A DNA stretch of 63,502 nt, the filler included, from Pelomyxa schiedti (lineage: Eukaryota > Protista > Evosea), in assembly GCA_020536535.1 (NCBI GenBank). It is 5 parts of 5 records of this genome, joined end to end, with 100 filler letters (N's around TTAATTAATTAA, not from the genome) between each part and the next. Parts side by side here need not be neighbours in the genome. Positions count along the whole stretch, not along the records: positions 29,881 to 60,239 come from JAHLWZ010000405.1; 4 more parts are not named here. The stretch is one strand, 5' to 3'. The notes under the pieces were generated by a model, which saw nothing but the letters and a program-made list of their open reading frames with translations, was not told where the DNA came from and ran no database searches. Positions 48,939 through 60,339 of the stretch are shown in pieces (position 1 is the first letter of the stretch; each line of letters starts with the position of its first letter). A program made the translations under genes and the position numbers.

Positions 48939-49915
48939 AGCTGAGGGAATTCAAATGTTGCCCACAGAAGCACTTTAAGACTGTAAATTGCAGGAAAGAA
49001 ATCAGAAGAACATGGAGCAGTGGTGTGATCTTTGATGAACTGGCATATCTCTCTATAACTCTCAGATTTCCCATCCACGTAATTTAGCATTGCTTCACAA
49101 GTGATACCACTGTGGATTGGAAAAGTTTCAAAACACCACCTGACAACAGCCAAGTTTCCACTGCGGACTGCCATCCTGTGTATCCCAAACCAACGGCAAC
49201 ATTTCTTCATTAGAGGAACCACACCAGGGCACTCTGTGGTCACCCACTGAGCCACTTCCAAGTGGCCCGCGGAAACAGCATCGGTCAGTGGCCACGCAAA
49301 CTCCCAAGGCTCCGTGATGCCGAACCTCTCACACATCCACTGAGCCACCTCCAAATGGCCGTTCCCACACACCCCCCTCAGCATCTCCGAGAATCTCACA
49401 TGGTAACCAATGCCTTCAACTCCCCCTCGTACGTCCCCACGCCCTCCCTCTCCCGCTCCCTCTCCCTCTCCCAGCAGCCTCTGAGCCATTCCCAGGTGCC
49501 CACCCCTGCACAGCCCCGCCAGCACCCTCACCGTGTCCGCCACCTGCCCCTGCCCCTGCCCTTCTCTCTCGGCGCCGCTGTGCCTCGGCCGGGGGTGGTG
49601 GAGGAGGAGCCAGCGCAGGCACGAGGGGGCGCCAGCCTCGGCCGCGGCCTCGAGGGAGTCGCGGGAGCGGCGGGATCGCCCCAGGAGGGACCGGCAGGCG
49701 CGGGGGACGAGGGGGAACAGGGCCTCCCCGGCGCGGCACAGCGCCACGGCCGCCCGCAGCCACGACGGCGGCGGCGACCCCCCGCCGTCCGGGTGAGGGG
49801 GGAACACGACAAGCCAGGGGACCACCCACTCCCACACGATCTGCGAGACACCCACAATGCGCTCGTGGTACTGCTCCCTTGTCCTCCTGTCGTCCTCCGT
49901 TGTTGTACGTTTCAT
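47801..49915 (-). CDS. Ankyrin-like repeat family protein (intact copy, 2 exons)
   Basis: 612-aa ORF with LCRGGHLGMAQRL, VCGNGHLEVAQWM, AVSAGHLEVAQWV and AVRSGNLAVVRWC. Intron EE/gtaagc..caacag/VLSLNITAF adds the last exon ending 47801. Confidence 0.8.
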
Positions 49916-50057
49916 TCTATGATTTCGCTTTGGCGACGATCACGAAATGGATAATGGATTATTTAATTCTGTTGGTTATTTTCTTCAGCGCCCACTGACC
50001 CACAATAAGCATCGTGGTGTGACACACTGTTTGAATTTCAAAAACAGTTCGGGGATC

Positions 50058-52363
50058 TCAACACTTGGTCAGAGCGTCGTTGTCGTTGTCGTCATCGTCA
50101 TCAGATGATGGTAGGGCATCAGCAAGCCAGAGTACAACACTTACACGGAAAGATCCTGGCAGATTGGCAATGTCGGCAATGGTCATTTCAGGGAACATTC
50201 TCATTGTGTATTGTGCAATCACTGGTGACTGGCACACAATACACATCATCTTCTGCTTCACTGTTGACACTGTGATTTCTGGGAACACTCTCAGCATCAT
50301 CTGCCATGTTTGAAGGTCAAAAAACCCATGAGAAAAGATGTTCAAGTGCATGTCTTTGTTCAAGACCTAACAAGTCACAGTTAAGTCTTGAGGGTGAACA
50401 GAATGAAGTTGAATATTACCTCATCCAAAGAGAAGTGGAACATGTTGATGAGCCACTCAGCACAGCTGGAATGATGCTGTATCAGTAAGTTCAGGAGCAG
50501 TGCGTTGTTGTTGAGTGTGATGTGATCGCGGTCGAGTTGGAAGTGTGTGATCAACCACTTGACCACTTTGCTCGAGGAAAAGTGAATACATTGGTCCTTG
50601 TCAGTTCTGGTGAGACACTTTGCAACAGTCTCCTTGTTGAACTCACACATGGAAACAACTTTCTGCACTTGTGTGAGAGTGTCCCATTGAAGGATGGTGT
50701 GCAGTAGGCCAGTGAGGAGCTTGTTTCTGTGTGGTTTACTGATTGGGAACTTCTCAATGATGAAGAGGGGAATGGTTGACAGGCATGTTTTGAACACGAG
50801 GTGCCTGACAGCTTTCACAACAAATCTTTCTTCCACATGTGCCATTGCTGGGTGATTCAGAAGCCACTTCACACCATCTCCTCTTTCATCAATATCAGCA
50901 TGCTTGCACACCCGCACAAGTATGGAACCTGCTGTGTTACTCTCAGTTCCCTTTGATTTGGATGTTGCACGCTCCATGATGTGGAAGTTTGCATCCAGCC
51001 AAGATACAACTGTAGTGTTTCCACAGCCCAATGAAGGAATCGAAGACACCCTCATCAGAAGGTGGTGGTTCCACATTCATTGACAACCATTGCACGAGTT
51101 CCACATTATCTCCCAAGTTTTTACAGGCGTTATAGAGCATGTTTGAATCCAGAGGAACATTTGTTCCAAGCCAACAGGTCACCCACTTCACCATGGCCAA
51201 AGGTTCCTCCCGTGCCTTTGCACAAATGTCCCAAAGGAGTTTTTCTGATAATTCGAGATCTGGGAATTCCAGTGTTGCCCACTGAAGCACTTCAAGGTTG
51301 TAAATTTCCCTAAAAAATTCACACTGTTTAGAGTTGTCAGTGTGGTCTTTGATGTATTGGCATATCTCTCTGTAATCTCTGGTTTTCTCCTCCACTTTTT
51401 TAAACATGGTTGCACCGTTGACACCACTGTGGATTGGAAAGGTCTCAAAGCACCACTTTACAACAGCAAAATTTCCACTGTTGACTGCCTGAGAGTGAAT
51501 CCACAGCCAACGATCGTAGTTTAAGACCAGAGGCACCACACCAGGACACGTTGTTTTCACCCACTGAGCCACTTTCAAGTGGCCCCCATAGACAGCACCA
51601 ATAAGCGGCTGGACAAACTCCCAAGGCTCCGTGATGCGGAACCTCTCACACAGCCACTGAGCCACCTCCAAGTGGCCGTTCCCACACGCACCCTTCAGTA
51701 TCTCCGAGAATCTCACATGGTAACCAATGCCTTCAACTCCTCCTAAGTCCCCACGCCCTTCCTCTCCTGCTCCCTCTCCCTCTCCCGCTCCCTCTCCCAG
51801 CAGCCTCTGAGCCATGCCCAGGTGCCCACCCCTGCACAGCCCCGCCAGCGCACTCACAACATCCCTCTCCCTCTCTTTACCCCCGTCCCTGTCCCTGTCC
51901 CTGTCCTCCCCTTGTGCAGCAGCATCATCGTCCCTATTTGTGGCGGCTGTGGTGCTGGTGGAGCTGCAGCGGGGGTGGTGGGCGTGGTGGCGGTGGCGGA
52001 GCATCCAGCGCAGGCACGAGGGGGCGCCAGCCTCGGCCGCGGCCTCGAGGGCGTCGCGGGACCGGCGGGGGGAGCGCCCCAGGAGCAACCGGCAGGCGCG
52101 GGGCACGAGGGGGAACAGGGCCTCCCCGACGCGGCACAGCGCCATCGCAGCGCACGACCACGACGACCACCAGCGGGCGCGCGAGGGCTCCGAGTCCGGG
52201 GAGTAGAGCGCGGAGGGGGGCGGCGGGGGCTGGGGGGGAACACGACGAGCCAGGGCATCGCCCACTCCCACACGATCTGCGAGATACTCACAACGCGCTC
52301 GTGGTACTGCTCCCTTGCCGTCCTGTCGTCCGCCGTTGTGTTAGTGCGGCTGGCCCGTTTCAT
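50058..52363 (-). pseudogene. Ankyrin-like repeat family paralog with two frameshifts
   Basis: The paralog-matching reading is split over ORFs 51854-52363, 50943-52271 and 50381-51076. Breaks lie at the G7 run 52232-52238 and near 51030. Confidence 0.62.
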
Positions 52364-52580
52364 TTTTTATGCTTTCGCTTTGATGTTTCGTGAAAACCGA
52401 CTCCAAGTGGAGTTGCACCAACTCTCTGCCAAAAGCAGACTCATTTGGGGTGGAGTCTTCAGAATACTGTATTCCACAACTGGGATTGTTAGGCCAGCTG
52501 ACATGACAAGTGCAATCAAATCAAGGTTCGAGGATATCAAGACTTGATGATGATGTGACCAGACGTCTCAAAGTAAGCCT

Positions 52581-52587
52581 TATAAAA
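52581..52587 (+). promoter_or_regulatory. Candidate TATA box for Sel1-repeat gene 1
   Basis: TATAAAA starting 53 nt upstream of ATG 52634. Confidence 0.35.
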
Positions 52588-52633
52588 CCAACTGAGGCTT
52601 TGTGCCATTGCTTTAAAAAATAACAGAGAAACG

Positions 52634-54034
52634 ATGGACAAGACACGACGCGGTCCGCAACCGGAACCAACGCAGCGCAAGTGGCAGGCGATACCAGTGC
52701 CTAGATCTTCCAGATCCTCAATAGGAACGCTACAACGTCGTCGCGTTCGTTTCTGCCTCCGCGCGGTGTCGCGGCCCGCTCCCTCTCGTCGTCGCCAGCC
52801 GCCGCAACGTGCCCCGCCTCGCTGCGCGCCCGATTCCGCGAACGACGCCGAAGCGGCCGCTACGAAGGAGATAGCAAGGGATTGCCTGCGCCTTTTGGTG
52901 TACAACCAGTATCAGCAGTGCTACGACCTCGCGTGGTCGCTGGCGGGTGATGATGATGATGATAACGGCGCCACACACAAGCACGCCGACGCGCGCGCGT
53001 TTGCTCTGGCGCTGCTGGCGTTCTTGTATGAGTCCTACCCGAAGCTGTTTGTGCACAGGCAACCGTTCCGGACGTACTTGTGGGCCGTGCTCATGCAGAG
53101 GGCGGCTGAGTGCGACATGAGGTGCCAGGAATGGATGCTCAATCTGCTCTATTCTGAGTGCGCGCGCAATCCCCTGGAGAAAGTGAGGGCGTTCTGCCAC
53201 TTCTTCTTGGCAACTGTGCTGGCCAAGTCCTATGGCAAGTTTCCATTCACCAGTGGGGAAAAAACCTGCTCCCACGGTACAACAGCTGCAGAGAGGGGTG
53301 ATCTGCGAGCTCTCACAGCCATTGGTGGGTTTGCCAACCTCAAGTACACAGCCTCGTTTGATTTCTGTACCGCCCAGAGGGACCTTGGAGTCATGTACCT
53401 CAAAGGGGATGCTGACGAAAAGGTACCACTGGATAAAGCTGCGGGCATGAGACTGCTGAGGATTGCCGCCGAGAAAGGGGACCCTGTGGCACAAGTGGAG
53501 GTTGCCATACAACTGCGGAAGAAAGACACCTCAGAGGCTGTGAGGCTTTTCAAGTTGGCTGCACCACAGGGATTCCTTGACGCCTCCATCCACCTTTCAC
53601 AAGTGTATCTCACAGGGCCTGAGCACCTCCGCAATGTCAAAGAGGGGCTGCGCATCATGTCAATGGCCGAGTCAGTGTTCACCAACAAGTGGATGAAACA
53701 GGGCAAAGAAGAAGGGAGTGTGATCCAAGAGCGCCGTTACCCTGCTGAAATGTGGGCATCAGGGTTTTCCACACTGGCAAAGGTTTACTGGGATGGAATT
53801 GGTGTGAAGAAGGATGTGAAGGAGGCTGCAAGGCTTCTCCACCTGTCACTGCAGGCCGTGATGCATGACGATGATGTTGACAACACGCTCAAGCTCGAGG
53901 TGATCATGGCAATTGGGCAGTTGTATGACAAGGAGTACCACGATGAGAGGGAGCAGTCCAAGTGGATGAAGCTGGTTCTGGGTTCAAACACACACCCACT
54001 CTTCTGTTTGGCACTGGAACTTGTACGCTCCTGA
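52634..54034 (+). CDS. Sel1-like repeat protein, tandem copy 1
   Basis: AQRDLGVMYLKG, GMRLLRIAAEKGDPVAQVEVA, EAVRLFKLAAPQG..DA..HL..VYLTG, LAKVYWDGIGVKKDVKEAARLL. Confidence 0.88.
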   Translation: MDKTRRGPQPEPTQRKWQAIPVPRSSRSSIGTLQRRRVRFCLRAVSRPAPSRRRQPPQRAPPRCAPDSANDAEAAATKEIARDCLRLLVYNQYQQCYDLAWSLAGDDDDDNGATHKHADARAFALALLAFLYESYPKLFVHRQPFRTYLWAVLMQRAAECDMRCQEWMLNLLYSECARNPLEKVRAFCHFFLATVLAKSYGKFPFTSGEKTCSHGTTAAERGDLRALTAIGGFANLKYTASFDFCTAQRDLGVMYLKGDADEKVPLDKAAGMRLLRIAAEKGDPVAQVEVAIQLRKKDTSEAVRLFKLAAPQGFLDASIHLSQVYLTGPEHLRNVKEGLRIMSMAESVFTNKWMKQGKEEGSVIQERRYPAEMWASGFSTLAKVYWDGIGVKKDVKEAARLLHLSLQAVMHDDDVDNTLKLEVIMAIGQLYDKEYHDEREQSKWMKLVLGSNTHPLFCLALELVRS

Positions 54035-54233
54035 GTACACTGATTTCAAATACACTTCTTGTTTTTTTAATAATATTTTTCTTGTTGGGCACAATGGTTA
54101 AAAGAGCAAATTTCTCAAAGAATCTTGGTTGTCCTGCTTCCTGTTGTATTTTGTCAGTGCTCAACCAAAGCAACATGATCCATGGATCAGATCATCATCA
54201 CCAGATTTTTTAAATGACGGGGCAATAACTTGG

Positions 54234-55679
54234 ATGGACAGCAACAACCAACGCGATGGCACACAACACAAACACAACAAGTGGCGGGTGACGATCCCAG
54301 TGCCTAGATCTAGATCCACAGTAGCAACTCTGCAACACCGCCGTGTCCGTTTTTGCCTGAGAAAAATGTCGCGGCCCCCGACCCCCGCGTCGCCGTCGTC
54401 GTCATCCTGCTCATCATCGCGTTCATCTTCTTGTTCATCGTCGTCGTCGCCGCCGTGCTCATCATCGGACTCACCGACGAAAGAGACAGCGAGGGATTGC
54501 CTGCGCCTGTTTGTGGAAGATCAGTTTCAGCAGTGCTACGACCTCGCGTGCTCGTTGGTGGGTGGTGACGATGACGACAGCGATGACGTGTTGGTTGGCA
54601 ACTGCAACAACAGCAAAAGCAACAGCAACAGTGACAGTGACAAGCACAAGCACGCCGACGCTGGTGCATTTGCTCACATGGTGCTGGCGTTCTTGTATCT
54701 ATCCTACCCGAAGCTGTTTGTGCACAGGCAACCGTTTCCAACGAACATGTGGACCATGCTCCTCCGTCGCGCTGCCGAGTGTGACCTGAGGTGCCAGGAA
54801 TGGATGGTAAAGCTGCTCAATTCTGAGTGTGCGCGCAATCCCCTGGAGAAAGTGAGGGTGTTCTGCCACTTCTTCTTGGCAATGGTGCTGGATGGGTTCT
54901 ACGGCAAGTTTCCATTCACCAGTGAGGAAAAGAGCGGCTCGAATTGTACCATTGCTGCACAAGGTGGCGATCCGCGAGCACTTACAGCCATTGGTGGGTT
55001 TGACAACCTCAAGCACGCAGCCTCACTTGGTTACTGTCCTGCCCAGAGGGACCTTGGAGTGATGTACCTCAAAGGGAAGAACAACAAACAGGGTGATGAT
55101 GCAAAGGCACCATTGGATGAAACTGAGGGAATGAAACTGCTGATGATTGCGGCTGAGAAAGGTGACCCACTGGCGCAAGTGGAGGTTGCCTGCAAACTGC
55201 AGAAGAAACACACCTCAGAGGCTGTGAGGCTTTTCAAGTTGGCTGCACCACAGGGATTCCTTGACGCCGACATCCATCTTGCACAAGTTTACCTCACTGG
55301 GCCTGAGCATCTTCTGAATGTCACAGAGGCCCTGCGTATCATGTCGATGGCCGAGTCAGTGTTCACCAACAAGTGGATGAAACAGGGCAAAGAAGCAGGG
55401 AGTGCGATCCAAGAGCGCCGTTACCCTGCTGAAATGTGGGCATCAGGGTTTTCCACACTGGCAAAGGCTTACTGGGATGGAATTGGTGTGAAGAAGGATG
55501 TGAAGGAGGCTGCGAGGCTTCTGCACCTGTCACTGCAGGCCGCTATGCACCATGATGCTGTTGAGAACACGCACAAGCTTGCACTGGCTATGGGACTGGG
55601 GAAGCTGTATGACGAGGAGTACCACGATGGGAGGGAGCAGATGAAGTGGATGAAGCTCTGCCTTGATTCAAACACTTGA
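54234..55679 (+). CDS. Sel1-like repeat protein, tandem copy 2
   Basis: Same SLR motifs; probable start MDSNNQ at 54234. Confidence 0.88.
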   Translation: MDSNNQRDGTQHKHNKWRVTIPVPRSRSTVATLQHRRVRFCLRKMSRPPTPASPSSSSCSSSRSSSCSSSSSPPCSSSDSPTKETARDCLRLFVEDQFQQCYDLACSLVGGDDDDSDDVLVGNCNNSKSNSNSDSDKHKHADAGAFAHMVLAFLYLSYPKLFVHRQPFPTNMWTMLLRRAAECDLRCQEWMVKLLNSECARNPLEKVRVFCHFFLAMVLDGFYGKFPFTSEEKSGSNCTIAAQGGDPRALTAIGGFDNLKHAASLGYCPAQRDLGVMYLKGKNNKQGDDAKAPLDETEGMKLLMIAAEKGDPLAQVEVACKLQKKHTSEAVRLFKLAAPQGFLDADIHLAQVYLTGPEHLLNVTEALRIMSMAESVFTNKWMKQGKEAGSAIQERRYPAEMWASGFSTLAKAYWDGIGVKKDVKEAARLLHLSLQAAMHHDAVENTHKLALAMGLGKLYDEEYHDGREQMKWMKLCLDSNT

Positions 55680-55891
55680 ATCTAGGAGGCTCCTGGTAGC
55701 TGTCACAGACACAGGCACACAACCGCGTACTCCCACAAGTGCTACGACGTCCGCAATGCTGATCACTCAGTTTAAATATTTTCGGCCTTTGGCGGTTTTC
55801 AGCACGACAAAATGATGACAGCCCACAGAGTACTTACAAAAAAACCTGGCACCTGCCAAAACTCCATTTAAAACCAAACAACACACGAGAG

Positions 55892-57308
55892 ATGGACAAC
55901 AACAACAACAACAAGAGCGACCGTCGGCGACGCAAGAGGGCGGTGGTGCCACCAGTGCCTGGATCTAGATCCACGCCAGCAACACACCAACAACGCGTTC
56001 GTTTTTGCCTGAGAAAAATGTCGCGACGGCCGCCGCCCTGTGGGTCTAGATCTGGTGCCGCCGCCAGTGAAATGGATGGATCTTGCACACACCAGCCCGG
56101 TTCCCAAAGCGACACGACGCGCGACGCCCCAGACAGCGAGACGAGCCAGATCGCACTCCCGGGAGTGCCTGCGGCTGTTTGTGGAGAAGGAGTTCCAGAG
56201 GTGCTACGATCTCACGTGGTCGCTGGTGGGCGAGGATGCTGACGACGAAGACGACAACAACAAGTTCAAGCACGCCGACGCTGGCGCATTTGCTCACGTG
56301 TTGTTGGCGTTCTTGTATGAGTCTTACCCGAATCTGTTTGTGCACAGGCAGCCGTTTCCGGCATACATGCGGACCATGCTCCTCCGCCGTGCTGCCGAGT
56401 TTGACGCGAGGTCTCAGGAATGGATGGTCAATATGCTCTATTCCGAATGTGCGTGCAACAGTTCCCTGGAGAAAGTGAGGGCGCTCTGCCACTTCTTATT
56501 AGCAATTGTGCTGAGTGGATCCTACGGCAAGTTTTCCTTCACCAGTGCGGACAGAAGCTGTTCCAACGGGAAAATAGCTGCACGTCTGCTTGATCCACAT
56601 GTGCTTACAGTCATTGGTGGGTTTAAAAACCTCAAGTACGCGGCCTCACTTGGTTACTGTGCTGCCCAGAGGGAACTTGGAATGATGTTCCTGAATGGGG
56701 AGAAGCACCCAGTTAACGACGACAATGCACCATTGACTAAAACTGAGGGCATGAGACTGCTGAGGATTGCTGCTGAGAAAGGGGACCCTGTGGCGCAAGT
56801 GGAGGCTGCTATGAAACTGAGGAAGAAAGACCCCCCAGAGGCTGTGAGGCTTCTCAAGTTGGCTGCGGCACAGGGATTCTTCGACGCTGACGTACTCCTT
56901 TCACAAGTGTATCTCACAGGGCCTGAGCACCTCCGCAATGTCAAAGAGGGCCTGCGCATCATGTCTGTGGCCGAGTCAGTGTTCACCAACAAGTGGATGA
57001 AAGGCGAAGGGGAGTGTTATCCTGCTGAAATGTGGGCATCAGGCTTTGCAACACTGGCACAACTTTACTGGGACGGAACTGGTGTGAAGAAGGATGTGAA
57101 GGAGGCTGCGAGGCTTCTCCACCTGGCACTGCAGTCCGTGATGTCTGACGATGATGTCGAAAACACACTCAAGCTCGAGGTGATCATGACACTGGGGCAG
57201 CTGTATTACAAGGAGTACCACGATGGGAGGGAGCAGTCCAAGTGGATGAAGCTGGTTCTGGATTCAAACACACACCCACTCTTCTGTTTGGCACTTGGAC
57301 GCTCCTGA
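55892..57308 (+). pseudogene. Sel1-like repeat protein, tandem copy 3, with a frameshift in the 5' region
   Basis: The N-terminus is in ORF 55892-56242 and the body in ORF 56040-57308. An extra CTCC at 56156-56159 interrupts the I-A-R-E-C-L reading seen as IARDCL/TARDCL in the paralogs. Confidence 0.6.
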
Positions 57309-57867
57309 GTACACTGATTTCAAATACACCCCGCATGACACCACAGTAAAAAGGCTTCGTTTTTTTTTTCGCCATCACGTGATGGATGAACTTGGTCCAG
57401 TTTGGAGACTCCCATTTGATCAAGAGTGTAGTCTCAAACAGGACATTTTTGTCTTGTCATCCTTGTCCCTCTGCGGAGTGACTAGCTACTGAATCAAGTC
57501 GCCTCAACACACCATCACAAGGCTGCTATCTGCAGCAACTATTCAAAGTCGTCGAAATCACCGTAGGTAATCACTTGGTCCTTGACGTACAAACGCGGCC
57601 ACGGCGTAATGACAACGATGGAGTTGTGCAGGCTTCTCAGCCATAGAACCTACTATGTCAACACAATGTATCAACACCTTCTACTAATGACAGCATTCCC
57701 CTGCCGCGCAAACGCCTTTATAAACCAAATCTCATAATCTCATTAAGGCTTATTCTTCTCACAGGCANNNNNNNNNNNNNNNNNNNNNNNNNNNNNNNNN
57801 NNNNNNNNNNNNNNNNNNNNNNNNNNNNNNNNNNNNNNNNNNNNNNNNNNNNNNNNNNNNNNNNNNN

Positions 57868-58709
57868 AATACACAGTCAGAGAGTGCGGAGTAGTCCAGT
57901 GAGGCGGATTCCGCACATGATTGAGCATAGTTGAGGTCGCCTTCATGAAGACCCTCGAAGCAGTACACAAATGGCCACCTTTTGTTTACAATTAGGGAAT
58001 ATACGGTTGGTTTTTGTAGGAACCATATGGTGCTATTCTGGTAAATGTTCATGGCGCAAGCTTCGATGCGGTTACCTTCACCTTCATCCTTGCCGTGTTG
58101 GTTCACCTGGGTATTGATTACCTTGTTTGCTTACTTTTGGCCGGGAAAACAAACCTCACCAATTCCTTGAGTGGAAATGCATGTGAAACAGTCCGAGGGA
58201 GGGCTGGCAACATCGCACTGCGAGCGGAAGGAAAGGATTAGAATTGCCCATTATTTATTAGAAAAAGGAAGCGGTATGGGGTAATGGCAACCTCACTTAT
58301 CCAGCACTTATAAACACTTGAAACATAGGATCCAGAGCCAGGGCAAGAACTGGTCTCACAATAGGCTGCAATTCAATTAGTATTTTCTAATAAATAATGG
58401 GCAATTCAAAAAAGCGGCACCATTTCCCCAAGGCACAAAAGTGAGGTCCAGGATATCCCACACCCCCTCAGCCTCAAACACTGGCTCCATTTGGAATCGC
58501 ACAAACATCTGACAGTCCGGACATTGCCTATTGCATATTTATTTCAAAAAAATAAAAAGAGTGTTGCCTATTAAATACAAAAAAGAAAAAACATACGCTT
58601 CAACTTCTAGATACAATGAAACCTTGTCCTGTCCGCTAACCAGTCCCATAATTGTAACACCAACCAACAGCGACACTACCCAACCGACCCTTCCATCATG
58701 ATCAGCCAT
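57868..58709 (-). CDS. IFI30: GILT-like thiol reductase, copy 2 (3' end in gap)
   Basis: Near-identical to 46913-47731; ATG at 58709 (MADHDGRVGW..). Confidence 0.85.
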
Positions 58710-59101
58710 CTTCGGGTAAAAAAACAAAGAAGACTCTTTGTGGCGAGGTGACTTCGCGTCGCTGTAGTTCTAAGTACGGTTCTAATCACTGATGGATTTC
58801 TGGGAAAACTACCGCGAATCTGTTGGGACCCTGAGGGAGATTCAGGCGACACCTAGAACTGATTCTAGCGCCTTTATAAGGCGGGAACAACACCATCGTA
58901 GTTATAGCAAGCAAAAGCTAAAGTAATAAACAATAAACTCTTGTGTTTGTATTCGGGCTTCTTTCTCCCTTACTACACAAGTAAAACAACAACCATCGAC
59001 ACCCCAGCACACCTCACAGTGTGGTGGTCACTATCCCAACCCAATCTACCTCGGCACACTCTTCTTTCTTGCAAGCAACAGTAAAAAACAAGGTTGGGTA
59101 A

Positions 59102-60239
59102 CTAGGGGATGGCATCACCAAGCCAGAGTCTGACAAAAAGGGGCACACTGTATGGCGACTGAGTAGACCAGAACTCCACAACGTCAGCAGTGGTTATTTC
59201 GGGGAACATTCTCATTGTGTATTGTGCAGTCACTGGTGACTGGCACACAAGACACATCAGCTTCTGCTTGATGGTTGGTGCGGTTATCTGAGGGAACACT
59301 CTCAGCATCATTTGCCAGGTGGCCAGGTCAGCCTCTGAAAACGCGGTTATGTTGAGGCTGAGAACCTGTTGTGGAGATCAGAAGGAAGTGAAGGAAGGGA
59401 ACGGGCTTACCTCCTCGAAAGTGATGCGGAACATGTTGATGAGCCACTCAGCACAGCTGGAATGATGGTGGGACAGTAAATTCAGGAGCAGTGCGTTGTT
59501 GTTGAGTGTGATGTGATCGCGTTCGAGTTGGAAGTGTGTGATCAACCACTTGACAACTTTGCTCGAGGAAACGTGAATACGTTGGTCCTTGTCAGTACTG
59601 GTGAGACACTTTGCCACAGCCTCCTTGTTGAGTTCACCCATGGAAATCACTTTCTGCACTTGTGTGAGAGTGTCCCTTTGGATGGTGGTGAACATTACAC
59701 CAGTGAGGAGCTCATTTCGTAGTGGTTCACTGATTGGGAGCTTCTCAATGATGAAGAGGGGAAGGGTTGAAAGGCGTGTTTTTAACACGAGGTGCCTGAC
59801 AGCTTGAACAACTAAGCTTTCTTCCACCTTGGCCATTGATGGGTGATTCAGAAGCCACTTCACACCATCTCCTCTTTCATCAAGATGAGTCTTGCACACC
59901 CGCACAAGGATGGAACCTGCTGCTTTACTCTCAATTCCCTTTGAAGTGGATGTTGCACGCTCCATGATGTGGAAGTGGGCATCCAGCCACGATGCAACTG
60001 CCGTGTTGTTTTGTGTCAATGCCGTAATGAGAGAATTGAATAGAACCTCATCAGAAGGTGGCGGTTTCACTTTCAATGACAACCATTGCACAAGTTGCAC
60101 GTTGTCTGCCCTGTTTCTGCAAGCAGCACAGAACATGGATGAATTCAGAGGAATATTTTTTACCTCGGCCACCCACTTGACCACAGCGAGATCTTCTGAA
60201 CCTTGGCAAATATCTTCAAGCATTTCCTCTGAGAGTGTG
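59102..60239 (-). CDS. Ankyrin-like family gene, 3' half (5' part beyond scaffold end)
   Basis: Near-identical to 47801-48938. Confidence 0.78.
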
Positions 60240-60339
60240 NNNNNNNNNNNNNNNNNNNNNNNNNNNNNNNNNNNNNNNNNNNNTTAATTAATTAANNNNN
60301 NNNNNNNNNNNNNNNNNNNNNNNNNNNNNNNNNNNNNNN
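60240..60339. other. Artificial contig-join spacer N44-TTAATTAATTAA-N44
   Basis: Linker at 60284-60295. Confidence 0.95.

Noticed and set aside
49262-52547. Long plus-strand Gly/Arg/Ala-rich ORFs; similar ones at 29900 and 61307
   Set aside because: Antisense shadows of the GC-rich 5' ends of minus-strand genes.
57539-57650. Minus-strand terminal exon (..VVITPWPRLYVKDQVITYGDFDDFE*)
   Set aside because: It looks protein-like but is short, matches no family I recognise, and any upstream exons would lie in or near the gap.
58860-58890. U5 snRNA loop I
   Set aside because: GCCTTTATA only resembles GCCUUUUAC, and there is no Sm site or U5 stem architecture.
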